Source: Candidatus Algichlamydia australiensis
Lineage (GTDB): Bacteria > Chlamydiota > Chlamydiia > Chlamydiales > JAJFMI01
Assembly: GCA_033977065.1 (NCBI GenBank)
Contig: JAXCHI010000002.1
Span: forward strand, 288,001 to 352,000
Direction of reading: 5' to 3'
Length of the DNA: 64,000 nucleotides
Within the stretch, counting starts at the first letter, position 1. Each line of letters opens with the position of its first letter. The position numbers were made by a program, and so were the translations under genes. This document shows positions 1 through 9,626 of this stretch, piece by piece. Under the pieces are notes generated by a model. The model ran no database searches. It was given only the letters and a program-made list of their open reading frames with translations, and was not told the DNA's origin.

Positions 1-92
1 CTTGAGAAGAGGGGATCGTAGGCGAGGTAGACCTCTCCCATGCCCCCACGGGCGATTCTACGAATAATTTGATAGCGACCTATTTTTTCCAT
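1..92 (-). CDS. Ser/Thr protein kinase, N-terminal part (runs off window start); PknD-like
   Basis: Not in ORF track. Reverse strand from ATG at 92 reads MEKIGRYQIIRRIARGGMGEVYLAYDPLFS, a Hanks kinase Gly-rich loop. Confidence 0.85.
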   Translation of the reverse strand, partial: MEKIGRYQIIRRIARGGMGEVYLAYDPLFS

Positions 93-108
93 TAGAAAAG
101 TAATTCTA

Positions 109-315
109 TTATTTTATAGATGTTTTTGAGTTTTCTAATTTATAAATTTTTTGAGAGAAAATACTGTTTCCAGCTTCCTTCCACCCTGCCAATTTCATGG
201 CATTTTCGAAAGAAATGTTATCTGAAGAATCAAGCTCTTTTAGCCTTTTGCGCGCTTCTTTTACAAGGAGTTTATCCTCAAAAGAAAGTGTGTGTAAATT
301 TTTTTTTGAACTCAA
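109..315 (-). CDS. Small hypothetical protein, weakly resembling RelB-type antitoxin C-termini
   Basis: 68-aa ORF between kinase start and trpS; pattern ED..L..EA..R....ISFE...K..G only. Confidence 0.3.
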   Translation of the reverse strand: MSSKKNLHTLSFEDKLLVKEARKRLKELDSSDNISFENAMKLAGWKEAGNSIFSQKIYKLENSKTSIK

Positions 316-358
316 CTTGCTTTCCTAATTTTCGGAATACCGCTACTATAGCATAGAT

Positions 359-1363
359 ATGGATAAGAGCAAAAAGATCGTTTTAACAGGAGACAGACCG
401 ACCGGTCCTCTTCACTTGGGCCATTATATTGGTTCTTTGAAAAGTCGTTTGGAGCTGCAGGGAACTTGCGAACAACTTATTATGATTGCAGATGCGCAAG
501 CCCTAACAGATAATGCTGCCCACCCAGAAAAAGTACGAGAAAATCTTTTAGAAGTTGCTTGTGACTACCTGGCCGTAGGCTTAGACCCAAAGAAAAATAT
601 TTTCTTTATACAATCCCTTGTTCCAGAGCTATTCGAGCTTACGCTTTATTATTTGAATCTTGTTACATGGAATCGCCTCAAACACAACCCCACAGTGAAA
701 CAGGAGATCACGCAAAAAAACTTTGGGGAGAGCGTGCCAGCGGGATTCATGACTTATCCCATCTCGCAAGCAGCTGATATTTCCGCCTTCAAAGCAAATT
801 GCGTACCTGTGGGCGAAGATCAAATGCCTATGATCGAGCAAACCAATGAGATCGTGCGCAAATTCAACACAACCTACAACTGCAACGTACTTGTGAAGGC
901 GGAAGGAATGGTAACCAAATTCTCCCGGCTTCCAGGAGTTGATGGTGATGCGAAAATGAGCAAAAGCCTCGGCAACTGCATCTATCTTGGTGAAGAGAGT
1001 GGAAGTTTAAAGAAAAAAATACGTAAAATCCCAGGCGATCCCAATCACACAGAGATTGATGCACCTGGAGACCCTGACAAAGCCCTTTCTTTCACTTATC
1101 TCCGAGCTTTTTGCCAAGATAAAGAGAGACTTCAAGAGTTAGAAGAGCACTATCGAAAAGGGGGGCTTGGCGATGGTACAGTTAAGAAATACCTTCTCGA
1201 AGTAATGGAGGAGTTTCTTATACCAATCCGTAAACGCCGCGCAGAGTATGCCTCAGACCCAGCCGAGGTGATGCGTATTTTAAAAGAAGGCTCAATGAAA
1301 GCGCGTGAAAAAGCAGCTGCAACACTTAGCGAAGTGCGCGCCGCCATGCACCTTGATTACTAA
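359..1363 (+). CDS. trpS: Tryptophan--tRNA ligase
   Basis: TGDRPTGPLHLGH (HIGH-like), VPVGEDQ, KMSKS motifs. Confidence 0.97.
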   Translation: MDKSKKIVLTGDRPTGPLHLGHYIGSLKSRLELQGTCEQLIMIADAQALTDNAAHPEKVRENLLEVACDYLAVGLDPKKNIFFIQSLVPELFELTLYYLNLVTWNRLKHNPTVKQEITQKNFGESVPAGFMTYPISQAADISAFKANCVPVGEDQMPMIEQTNEIVRKFNTTYNCNVLVKAEGMVTKFSRLPGVDGDAKMSKSLGNCIYLGEESGSLKKKIRKIPGDPNHTEIDAPGDPDKALSFTYLRAFCQDKERLQELEEHYRKGGLGDGTVKKYLLEVMEEFLIPIRKRRAEYASDPAEVMRILKEGSMKAREKAAATLSEVRAAMHLDY

Positions 1364-1364
1364 A

Positions 1365-1525
1365 GGAGATACTGAATAAGTCAGACTTTCAGAAAAAGCT
1401 ACAAAAATCGGACCAAACCAATTTTTCGAACTCGGAAACTCTTATGGAGTTAGCTCCGTTCTCCAAAATCAATTTTGTCTCAATTTTTGCAACCTTTTCA
1501 AAAAGAGTACTTATTCAGTATCCCC
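1365..1525. mobile_element. Palindromic MITE-like element, family A copy 1 (161 bp)
   Basis: Termini GGAGATACTGAATAAGT / ACTTATTCAGTATCCCC; TAAA on both flanks (1361-1364, 1526-1529); inner arms also pair; homologous to 30487-30648. Confidence 0.8.
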
Positions 1526-1609
1526 TAAAGTAGACACTGAGCAACAACTCATGCACCGCTATCTAGAAAAGAGTTTTGGGCTCGACTTATCAATACAGCA
1601 GCTATTTCG

Positions 1610-1643
1610 TCTCTCCAGAAGAGGAAGGGGGAGCGACTTGAGT
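1610..1643 (-). repeat. Truncated left end of a family B element
   Basis: Reverse complement ACTCAAGTCGCTCCCCCTTCCTCTTCTGGAGAGA matches the start of 8039-8195. Confidence 0.7.
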
Positions 1644-1657
1644 TCCAAAGAATCTTG

Positions 1658-1696
1658 TTGATGGGTGGTTTAATAGATGCTATAATAGCTATTATA
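1658..1696 (+). promoter_or_regulatory. Sigma70/66-type promoter with overlapping palindromic operator for hipBA
   Basis: TTGATG-17 nt-TATAAT; the -10 box is the left half of the perfect palindrome TATAATAGCTATTATA (1681-1696). Confidence 0.6.
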
Positions 1697-1725
1697 AAAG
1701 AAAACCGAACTTAAGGGTTGTTATA

Positions 1726-2028
1726 ATGTCTATTCAGTTGATTTCACCGAGTGAAATGGGCTTATTGATTGCTAAACGATTGAAAAACAGGCGTTTACAT
1801 ATAAATATGAGCCAGAAAACCCTTTCAGAACGATCGGGTGTTAGCCTGAGTACTTTAAAAAAGTTTGAATATACAGGAAAAATTTCCTTGGAATCTCTCC
1901 TTAAATTGGCCATTATTTTAGAAATATTTGAAGATTTTCAAAATTTATTTGTCTCAAAACTTGAAGAGGTGCCTGCAACTTTGGATGAAATTCTTATAGA
2001 TAAATCTCGGAAAAGAGGTAGGCAGTGA
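1726..2028 (+). CDS. hipB: XRE-family HTH antitoxin (HipB-like)
   Basis: MSQKTLSERSGVSLSTLKKFE HTH; overlaps hipA start. Confidence 0.8.
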   Translation: MSIQLISPSEMGLLIAKRLKNRRLHINMSQKTLSERSGVSLSTLKKFEYTGKISLESLLKLAIILEIFEDFQNLFVSKLEEVPATLDEILIDKSRKRGRQ

Positions 2029-3236
2029 AGTTTAAAAACTTAAGTTTTAAAAGTGTTCCTCTAGTCCGTGTCTTTTATGCTGGTGGTAAGAGTAAAATTC
2101 TCATGGGAAGACTTGCCTGGAAAAAAAATAAGGTTTTTTTCGAATACAACCCTGAATTTATTAAATGCGGTTTAGAATTATCTCCTTTTAAATTGAAATT
2201 GCAGTCTGGAGTAATTCCTTCAAGTGATTTTCTTTATGAAGGTTTATTTGGCATTTTTAATGATAGTTTACCCGACGGGTGGGGACGACTATTGCTCGAT
2301 CGGAAACTGATAGGGTTAGGGTACAATCCTAATGAGCTCACGCCCCTTGATCGTCTAAGTTTTGTGGGCAGGCATGGAATGGGAGCTCTGCAATTTGAAC
2401 CAGAACACCCTGATGGAAGGGAAAAGGTCCCATCTAATTTGGATAAAATTGCAGATGAGGTGAAACTCTTTCAAGAGCAGAACGATGATCGGTATGTTGA
2501 TGACTTGTTGCGTCTTGGCGGCTCATCTATGGGGGCAAGGCCTAAAATTTTAATGCATAAAGGAGGGGACGATTGGATTGTCAAATTTCGGTCGATTGTT
2601 GACCCGATTGATATTAGTAGTATTGAATATGCTTATCATCTAATGGCAGTTAAGGCAAAAGTTCCTGTACCAATTGCAAAATTATTTCCTTCCCGAAAAA
2701 CTGTTGGCTATTTTGGCGTGAAACGTTTTGATCGAGAGCGAGGGAAACCCATTCATATGCACTCAATTGGAGGATTGCTTCATGCTGATCATCGCGTGCC
2801 CTCACTTGATTATGAAATGTTAATGAAAGCAACACATTTTTTAACTCGCGATGTACGGGAGTGTAAAAAACAATTTCGAGGGGCTGTCTTCAACGTGTTA
2901 AGTCACAATCGTGATGATCACTCAAAAAACTTTTCTTTCTTAATGGATAGTCAAGGTAAATGGTCTGTTTCTCCTTTTTATGATTTAACGTTTTCATCAG
3001 GTCCAGGAGGGGAGCATAGTACTATGGTTATGGGGGAGGGAAAAAATCCTACTAGGCAACATCTCCTTTCTCTTGCCAAAGTGGGAGATATCAATTGCAA
3101 TGAAGCAAATGAGATTATTGAAGAAGTGATCGCTGCTGTTTTGCAGTGGACTACTTTTGCTGATCAGGCAAAAGTGAGTCGCTCTTCTGCGAAAATGATC
3201 AAATCTGCCATTCAATCAGTTTTACAGGCATTTTGA
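2025..3236 (+). CDS. hipA: HipA-family toxin kinase
   Basis: DSLPDGWGR, GSSMGARPK, NRDDHSKNFSF, SPFYDL motifs. Confidence 0.92.
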   Translation: MKFKNLSFKSVPLVRVFYAGGKSKILMGRLAWKKNKVFFEYNPEFIKCGLELSPFKLKLQSGVIPSSDFLYEGLFGIFNDSLPDGWGRLLLDRKLIGLGYNPNELTPLDRLSFVGRHGMGALQFEPEHPDGREKVPSNLDKIADEVKLFQEQNDDRYVDDLLRLGGSSMGARPKILMHKGGDDWIVKFRSIVDPIDISSIEYAYHLMAVKAKVPVPIAKLFPSRKTVGYFGVKRFDRERGKPIHMHSIGGLLHADHRVPSLDYEMLMKATHFLTRDVRECKKQFRGAVFNVLSHNRDDHSKNFSFLMDSQGKWSVSPFYDLTFSSGPGGEHSTMVMGEGKNPTRQHLLSLAKVGDINCNEANEIIEEVIAAVLQWTTFADQAKVSRSSAKMIKSAIQSVLQAF

Positions 3237-3237
3237 G

Positions 3238-3615
3238 CTAAGTTTCATCTCGATATTCATCGATTTCGATCTCGACATTGAGGTCCTCTTCAAGCTCTTC
3301 TTCGGTTTCGCTGCGCGATTCAAAGAATTCTTGAATGAGGATATAGATTGCGCCAACGGTGAAGAGAATCGGGAGCAGCAGGTTCCAGGCGATTTTGAAA
3401 TTTGTTGTTACAAAGACACCTAAAAAAACAGCTAGTGTGACCACCATGTCGTGGAAACGGCCGTTCAAAAATTGGCGGATGGCAAGGGGAATTCCAACGA
3501 CAAGTAGGATGTTGGGCCACCAGATGCCTGTAAAGAAGAGGTAAGCGAGACCAAGGAGAAAGAGGGCTGTTGAGATGCTTTGGGCTCGGCGCTTAGAAGT
3601 TTTGGGTTTGCTCAT
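3238..3615 (-). CDS. Small integral membrane protein with acidic tail
   Basis: About four hydrophobic segments; overlaps the upstream gene (operonic). Confidence 0.7.
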   Translation of the reverse strand: MSKPKTSKRRAQSISTALFLLGLAYLFFTGIWWPNILLVVGIPLAIRQFLNGRFHDMVVTLAVFLGVFVTTNFKIAWNLLLPILFTVGAIYILIQEFFESRSETEEELEEDLNVEIEIDEYRDET

Positions 3616-5222
3616 TGAATAAACTCCTCTAAAGTGGTTTCAGGCGGTGCTTCACTAATATCTCCTTCTACAAAAAGTCTAAACCAGACTTCTAAAATCA
3701 GGAGGGACCAGAGTGTGCGCAAATGGCCAACTTTATGCAACTCGTGGTGCAACGCCTTTGGGTCTATGAGCCCATTATCTACAAGTACGCCTTTTTTCAG
3801 CAGAGAAAAGAGCGGTTTGGCTGTTTTTTGATCGTAGAGGGTCGTTTTTGCAAAGAGGGGCTGTTTGTAAACAGGAACGAGGGGGCGTTTGATGTAGTTT
3901 GCAAGGGTTGTATCTGGAGCTTTTGCAAACTCTGCAAGGCAGTCGCGGTCTAAAAAGGGGGTAATGAGGTTGATGCCTGTCGCTTTTGATGTGCGATCAA
4001 AAAGAGTGGAGTAGTGCCCTACAAAACTCATTTTTTGGTGAAGATAGAGGAGGGATGAGAGGCTAGGTCCCATTTTTTCGAAGGGAGGAAAGCAGTGATA
4101 GAGGACTTCTGGGTCTGATGGGGAGAGAAGTCTCCCTGTAAGATAGGAAATTTGGTTGGGATTCAAAACGAATTGGTGAGAAAGGTATTTTGAATGCCAA
4201 GGGTGTGTGGCAAGGTTTCGCAAAGCTGTTGTGTAGGCGTCTGTGCGAAGGTAGCAGAGGGGGGGAGTAATAAGCAGTTGGTGCGCGCATTTGCGATAGA
4301 GCTTTCGAATTCCTTGAAAAGAGACTTGTGGTATCCGTACGTGCCGCTCTAGCCAGAGGGGGGAACCAGCAGCAAGTAGAAGGTCCTCTTTCCCTTGGGA
4401 TTTTGCTTCCTCTAAAGCGCGAAAAAAGCTAATAAATTTGGGGGAGGCAAGCGGCTCATCAAGATGCCAAAGAAGTTTGGGAAGGCGCTTGCACCCTTCT
4501 GCAAAGTCGATGGGAGGAATCTCTACTTCGTCAATGCCTTCAAAATAGTTCTCTTTTTCCTGTCGTTCAAAGCTAAGCGTGAAACTTTTTTCTGGTGTAT
4601 AGGAAGTGTTTTGTAGTGATTGGCGAATTTTTTCATCATATGCTTCTCTACTAAAGTGGGGATCTTTACTTTGCAGATCATGGCTATATGTTGTGTAGGC
4701 GCGTGTTGAGATCTCTCTATCACAATTTAAGTGCAGCACGTGTCCTGAGCGAATTTTGTGAATATCTTTTAAAAGTGTTTTATCAAGTGGAATATAGCCA
4801 AAAGAGAGAAAGTAAGAGAGCCCTTCTAAATCTGGAATGCGACCAAAAATATTGGCAGCAAGTAAACTTTTTATTTCGCTTGCAAAAACAAAAAGTCCAC
4901 TCCTTTGTGCCCAGTAAAGAGGGCAGCGACCAAGCAGATCGCGCGCAAGTCGCAGCTCTTTGCACTCGGTATCATAGTGGGCAAATGCAAAAGGTCCGTT
5001 AGCTTTTTCAGGGGAGTCACCCGCAGAAAAATTTCCATCAATCAACCACTTTTGTGGGGCATTCTGATCGATTTGCATCCCGTATGCACCTAGATAAACC
5101 CCTTTGGATTGCCACGTTGAAACAGGGCCACGACCTCTGTTTGCTAGCGGCTTGAGCATTCTCTCAAAAGCAAGGGAGTAATCATCTCCCTTGTCTTCTA
5201 TAATTCCGCAGATACCGGCCAT
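3612..5222 (-). CDS. Asparagine synthase (AsnB)-related protein, degenerate
   Basis: NGPFAFA, LARDLLGRCPLYW, FASEIKSLL, LLWHLDEPL, PFLD, LWSLLILEVW; N-terminus is MAGICG rather than MCGICG. Confidence 0.8.
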   Translation of the reverse strand: MAGICGIIEDKGDDYSLAFERMLKPLANRGRGPVSTWQSKGVYLGAYGMQIDQNAPQKWLIDGNFSAGDSPEKANGPFAFAHYDTECKELRLARDLLGRCPLYWAQRSGLFVFASEIKSLLAANIFGRIPDLEGLSYFLSFGYIPLDKTLLKDIHKIRSGHVLHLNCDREISTRAYTTYSHDLQSKDPHFSREAYDEKIRQSLQNTSYTPEKSFTLSFERQEKENYFEGIDEVEIPPIDFAEGCKRLPKLLWHLDEPLASPKFISFFRALEEAKSQGKEDLLLAAGSPLWLERHVRIPQVSFQGIRKLYRKCAHQLLITPPLCYLRTDAYTTALRNLATHPWHSKYLSHQFVLNPNQISYLTGRLLSPSDPEVLYHCFPPFEKMGPSLSSLLYLHQKMSFVGHYSTLFDRTSKATGINLITPFLDRDCLAEFAKAPDTTLANYIKRPLVPVYKQPLFAKTTLYDQKTAKPLFSLLKKGVLVDNGLIDPKALHHELHKVGHLRTLWSLLILEVWFRLFVEGDISEAPPETTLEEFIQ

Positions 5223-6403
5223 TAATCGACTACTGCTCTAAGCGGTGTGGAGCGATTTAAATCGTCATAGCTGCGCACCATTTCTAGCTGGGTTCCAGGG
5301 AAAAACTGCGAAAGAATTTTCGGAGCTAGGAGATCACGCTTTGCATACTCTTCAGCAGAAAAGAGGCAGAGCCCCACTCCCATCCCTCGGCCAAAGCCTT
5401 CGAAAAGAACTTGGTTTTTATCGACCCGCACAGAGAAATCGTTACTGATCAAACGCTCTTTTCCAACGATCTCTTGCAGTTCAAAAAAGTTTAGATCTTT
5501 GTTATGTGCTCCATCTTTGATGCGCATAGCATAGACTTTCGAAGAGGGGCCGTCTTGGAAGAGCTCAAGTTCTGTGATGCGATTTGTCTTTACGATATTT
5601 GCAAGTTCACTTTTTGCAAGAGCAAAGCACCAAGTATGGTTGTTTCTCTCTTTTTCTGCGATGGGAACTTTGACACCGGAAGGAGTCTTCTCTTTTTTTC
5701 TGTAGACAGTTGAATAATTTGCTGTGCGTCCAGCGCAGTTTTCATTCCAGCTGGCCGAGAAGGGGCGGTTGTCATAAAGCATTACAAGATGGCGTGTGCT
5801 AGAGACTGCACGCTCAACATCTTTGTTTAGCATTGTGACGCCCTGTCCGCGATAATTTACTTGATTTGCATCGACATTCCAGAAGGACTTTTTCCCTTCC
5901 ATTCCTATATGATAAGCATTTGTCCGGGCGATAATCGCAAGTGCATCAATGACTTCATGATGAAGGTTTTCGGGCAGAGTAGAGACAAGGGTTGATTTGA
6001 GATAACTCTCAATGTCCACTTCATTGACAAGGTAGAGGCGATTTTCAATCAAATAAGCATTTAAGCAGCCTCGGTACTCGATTCCATTGACCACAAGAGT
6101 GGCGTCATGCCGCGTTGGCACGATCCGTATTTGGTGAATTCTGTCGTAGTTTTCTCCCCACTTGATGCCATTGTCAATGGATTGCAGGTAAAAACGTTTT
6201 CCAAAAAAGCGGGTTTTGAGCTGTCTTCCATCCATTGGATTGAAAATTTTATGAGGTCCTTTGACCTCGACAACAGCGCCTTCAATCCCTTTTTCAAGCA
6301 ATACTTTTATCGTTGCTGGTTTGTCCACCTCAAGTTCAGAAAGGGGCGCACCAAAGCTGAAGAGAATTAGGGGTGAAAATAGAAAAATAACTTTTTTTAA
6401 CAT
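5222..6403 (-). CDS. SpoIID/LytB-domain lytic transglycosylase-like protein (CT041-like)
   Basis: Signal peptide; LVNEVDIESYLKS, ALAIIARTNAY, GFGRGMGVGLC; next to ruvB as in Chlamydiae. Confidence 0.85.
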   Translation of the reverse strand: MLKKVIFLFSPLILFSFGAPLSELEVDKPATIKVLLEKGIEGAVVEVKGPHKIFNPMDGRQLKTRFFGKRFYLQSIDNGIKWGENYDRIHQIRIVPTRHDATLVVNGIEYRGCLNAYLIENRLYLVNEVDIESYLKSTLVSTLPENLHHEVIDALAIIARTNAYHIGMEGKKSFWNVDANQVNYRGQGVTMLNKDVERAVSSTRHLVMLYDNRPFSASWNENCAGRTANYSTVYRKKEKTPSGVKVPIAEKERNNHTWCFALAKSELANIVKTNRITELELFQDGPSSKVYAMRIKDGAHNKDLNFFELQEIVGKERLISNDFSVRVDKNQVLFEGFGRGMGVGLCLFSAEEYAKRDLLAPKILSQFFPGTQLEMVRSYDDLNRSTPLRAVVD

Positions 6404-7380
6404 GTTCCCTCAATGTGTTTCTTTGCTAAGCTTGTCGTCTCTCTTCCACGCGGAGTTCTTTTAAGCAACCCTTGCATGATGAGAAACGGCTCATACACTT
6501 CCTCAATTGTGGAGGGTTCTTCACCAAGTGCGGCAGCCAAAGTTTTGACGCCCACGGGGCCTCCATTGTGATGGTCCAAAATCAATTGAAGAATTTTTTT
6601 ATCCATCTCGCCTAACCCTAGCGGATCTACCTTAATCATCTCAAGTGCTGTTTTCGCTAGGTGAATATCTATTTTTGCATCATTATGAATTTGTGCGTAG
6701 TCGCGCACCCAGCGCAACAGGTTGTTCGCAATGCGCGGTGTGCCACGTGACCGAAGGCTTATCTCTTTTGCGCTCAAAGGATCGAGTGAGCAGTTAAGAA
6801 CTTTTGCAGAGCGCAAAATAATCTGTGTCAAGGTCGCTTCTTCGTAGAAATCAAGGCGAATAGCGTGTTCAAACCGCGAGCGCATAGGAGAGCTTAATAG
6901 TCCCAACCGAGTCGTCGCTCCAATCAGCGTAAAGGGGGCCAATGTCAGTTGAACAGAGCGCGCATTAGGACCACTATCGAGCATCAAATCTAATTTATAA
7001 TCTTCAATAGCGGGATACAAGTACTCTTCAATGGCAGTAGACAGGCGGTGGATCTCATCAATAAAGAGGACATCTCCCTCTTCAAGAGAAGTCAAAATTC
7101 CCGCTAAGTCGCCAGCTTTATCAATAGCTGGACCTGAAGTAGAGACAAAATTCGTGCCCATCTCATTAGCACAAATTTTGGCGAGCGTTGTTTTTCCTAA
7201 ACCGGGAGGGCCATAAAATAGGGTGTGTGCCAATGATTCCTCTCGCTGTTTTGCTGCACCGATCAACACTTGTAAACGTTTATGAATATGGCTCTGACCT
7301 AAAAAATCGTGTAAAACTGCAGGGCGAATTTGATTTTCAAAATTAGGGTCAGGTTTAACTACAGGCTTAGGAAGGTTCAT
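6397..7380 (-). CDS. ruvB: Holliday junction branch migration helicase
   Basis: GPPGLGKTTLA, LFIDEIHRL, RGTPRIAN, RTPRGR. Confidence 0.97.
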   Translation of the reverse strand: MNLPKPVVKPDPNFENQIRPAVLHDFLGQSHIHKRLQVLIGAAKQREESLAHTLFYGPPGLGKTTLAKICANEMGTNFVSTSGPAIDKAGDLAGILTSLEEGDVLFIDEIHRLSTAIEEYLYPAIEDYKLDLMLDSGPNARSVQLTLAPFTLIGATTRLGLLSSPMRSRFEHAIRLDFYEEATLTQIILRSAKVLNCSLDPLSAKEISLRSRGTPRIANNLLRWVRDYAQIHNDAKIDIHLAKTALEMIKVDPLGLGEMDKKILQLILDHHNGGPVGVKTLAAALGEEPSTIEEVYEPFLIMQGLLKRTPRGRETTSLAKKHIEGTC

Positions 7381-7444
7381 AACTCTAATGCTAGCGTAAA
7401 AACTGCTTAAGTACTACCCTTAAGAAAAATTCGTGAGGTTGACA

Positions 7445-8011
7445 ATGGGTGTAGCACCAGATAGTTGGATTCGAAAAATGGCAAAAGAGAAAAAAATGAT
7501 TGAGCCATTTGTTGATAAACTTGTGCGTGACCACGATGGTGAAAAAATTATTAGCTACGGGCTTTCAAGTTACGGTTATGATTTGCGAGTGGCGAATAAA
7601 TTTATGGTCTTTACCAACGTTCATAACTCTATTGTAGATCCAAAAGAGTTCCGAGATGACTCTTTTGTGCATATGGAGACCGATGTATGCGTTGTTCCCC
7701 CCAATTCATTTGCACTAGCACACTCAGTAGAGTATTTTCGTATTCCTCGCAATGTTTTGACAATGTGCATTGGGAAATCAACCTATGCTCGTTGTGGAAT
7801 TATTGTAAACGTGACTCCATTTGAGCCTGAGTGGGAGGGGTATGTTACCCTTGAAATTTCAAATACAACCCCACTTCCTGCGAAAATCTACGCGGGTGAG
7901 GGGTTAGCTCAAATTGTTTTTCTCGAGGCGGCAACGGAGTGTGAAACTTCTTACCGTGATCGCGGTGGAAAATACATGGGGCAGGTTGGGATAACCGTTC
8001 CTAAGATGTAG
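7445..8011 (+). CDS. dcd: dCTP deaminase
   Basis: [31 protein letters not shown] at 7445 preferred over GTG at 7433. Confidence 0.95.
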   Translation: MGVAPDSWIRKMAKEKKMIEPFVDKLVRDHDGEKIISYGLSSYGYDLRVANKFMVFTNVHNSIVDPKEFRDDSFVHMETDVCVVPPNSFALAHSVEYFRIPRNVLTMCIGKSTYARCGIIVNVTPFEPEWEGYVTLEISNTTPLPAKIYAGEGLAQIVFLEAATECETSYRDRGGKYMGQVGITVPKM

Positions 8012-8038
8012 TTTTTAAGAGCGTCTCTTATTATTGTA

Positions 8039-8195
8039 ACTCAAGTTGCTACCCCCTTCTCTCTCTGGAGAGACCCTTTTTGCGATCTGTGTAGTTTAAA
8101 ATTTCAGAAATGTTTAATAAACATTCTTTCAATTTGAAACTACACATATCACCAAATCCCTTCCTCCATAGAAGAAACTGGATGACAACTCGAGT
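8039..8195. mobile_element. Palindromic MITE, family B copy 1 (157 bp), IS982-like termini
   Basis: ACTCAAGTTG...CAACTCGAGT; 7-bp direct repeat TATTGTA on both flanks (8032-8038, 8196-8202); homologous to 18435-18594. Confidence 0.85.
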
Positions 8196-8286
8196 TATTG
8201 TATTAACTTGAAATACTATTCCATTGTTGATATTTGAACAATTATAATTAACTTATAATAATTGTTTGAATTTCGGGAGTAGTTGA

Positions 8287-9492
8287 TTGAGGATTCTTTT
8301 TACAAATACAGGGCCTTGGGGCACAGGTAGTTTTACTTTAGCAAAGGCCTTGGCTGAATCTTTTGAGCATTTAGGTCATGAAATCAAAATATTCTTTCCC
8401 GATCGTAAAGCGATGTCTGATGATCAGAAAGAGTTTTATGAAAACAAAAAGCGCTACCACATCTGGCCCTTTCCTCTAGAGGATGGCAAAACAAAAATCG
8501 ACTACTTTCCCCTCATGATTCCCGATCCTCATCCTCGGAATCCTAAGCGTAATACTTTTTCACAACTCTCTGATCAGCAGCTGCAACTCTATTTGCACTC
8601 ATTTGAAAAACAGATCTCTAAAGTCATTGAAGAGTATCAACCCGATGTCATTGAGTGTCAACACATTTGGGCGATGGATCATATTATTCAAAAGTTGGGT
8701 CACCGCTATTTTTGTACGGCCCACCACAGTGATCAGATGGGTTTTCGATTCGATCCTCGCATGCGAAAAGCGGCAATTTCTTCAGCAAAAAAAGCGGAAA
8801 AAATTTTTGCAATCTCTGATTACGTAAAGCAAGATGTGTGCAACTTGTACGATTTAGAGGAGAAAAAGGTTGTTGTTATCGAAAATGGATATGATCAAAA
8901 AATGTTCCAACCCACACGCTCATGTCGAGAAAAGGTATTGAGTGAGCTTGGACTGCAAATCCCAGACCGCGCTTTTCTTGTGAGTTTTGCGGGTAAAATT
9001 TCAAAAACAAAAGGAATAGATGTCCTACTGAAAGCAAATCGTCTTCTTTCAAAAAAGGCCAACATTCATTTTCTTATCTGCGGTTCAGGAGATATTGAGG
9101 AAGTTTTGGGTGAGGAGTGCCGCTCTCAATTCTCTTTTGATCATATGCATTTTATTGGTCATCAAACTCCACAGAAACTTTCACAAATTCACAATATTTC
9201 AGATTGTAGTGTATTGCCTTCGCGAACAGAGGGTTTTGGCATCGCTTGCTTGGAGGCAATGGGGTGCGGGCTTCCGATGGTCTTTACTGAATCGGGAGGT
9301 ATGAGTGACTATGCTGTTGGGATTAAAGTTGAAAAAGAGAATCCTATTCAACTGGCAGAGGGGCTTTTAGAGTTGAAAACAATTGCAGACGAAAAAAAAT
9401 CAACTCTGTCTCAAGAGGCTTACCAGGTTGCAAAGAAATTTTCATGGGACACAATCGCAAACAAGCGTTTATTTCACTATCAAAATCTTTGA
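8287..9492 (+). CDS. Glycosyltransferase family 4 (GT-B fold)
   Basis: FAGKISKTKGID, LPSRTEGFGIACLEAMGCGLP (EX7E). Confidence 0.9.
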   Translation: MRILFTNTGPWGTGSFTLAKALAESFEHLGHEIKIFFPDRKAMSDDQKEFYENKKRYHIWPFPLEDGKTKIDYFPLMIPDPHPRNPKRNTFSQLSDQQLQLYLHSFEKQISKVIEEYQPDVIECQHIWAMDHIIQKLGHRYFCTAHHSDQMGFRFDPRMRKAAISSAKKAEKIFAISDYVKQDVCNLYDLEEKKVVVIENGYDQKMFQPTRSCREKVLSELGLQIPDRAFLVSFAGKISKTKGIDVLLKANRLLSKKANIHFLICGSGDIEEVLGEECRSQFSFDHMHFIGHQTPQKLSQIHNISDCSVLPSRTEGFGIACLEAMGCGLPMVFTESGGMSDYAVGIKVEKENPIQLAEGLLELKTIADEKKSTLSQEAYQVAKKFSWDTIANKRLFHYQNL

Positions 9493-9626
9493 CTACAATG
9501 ATATAATGTTAATTTTAAAATATACAAACAATAAATCAACATAGGTAGCTATATGTTGAATTTATCTCGCTGAGTCAATATGGTGATGATACAGCAACTT
9601 TTTTAATCAAATTTTTTAGAGTAACC

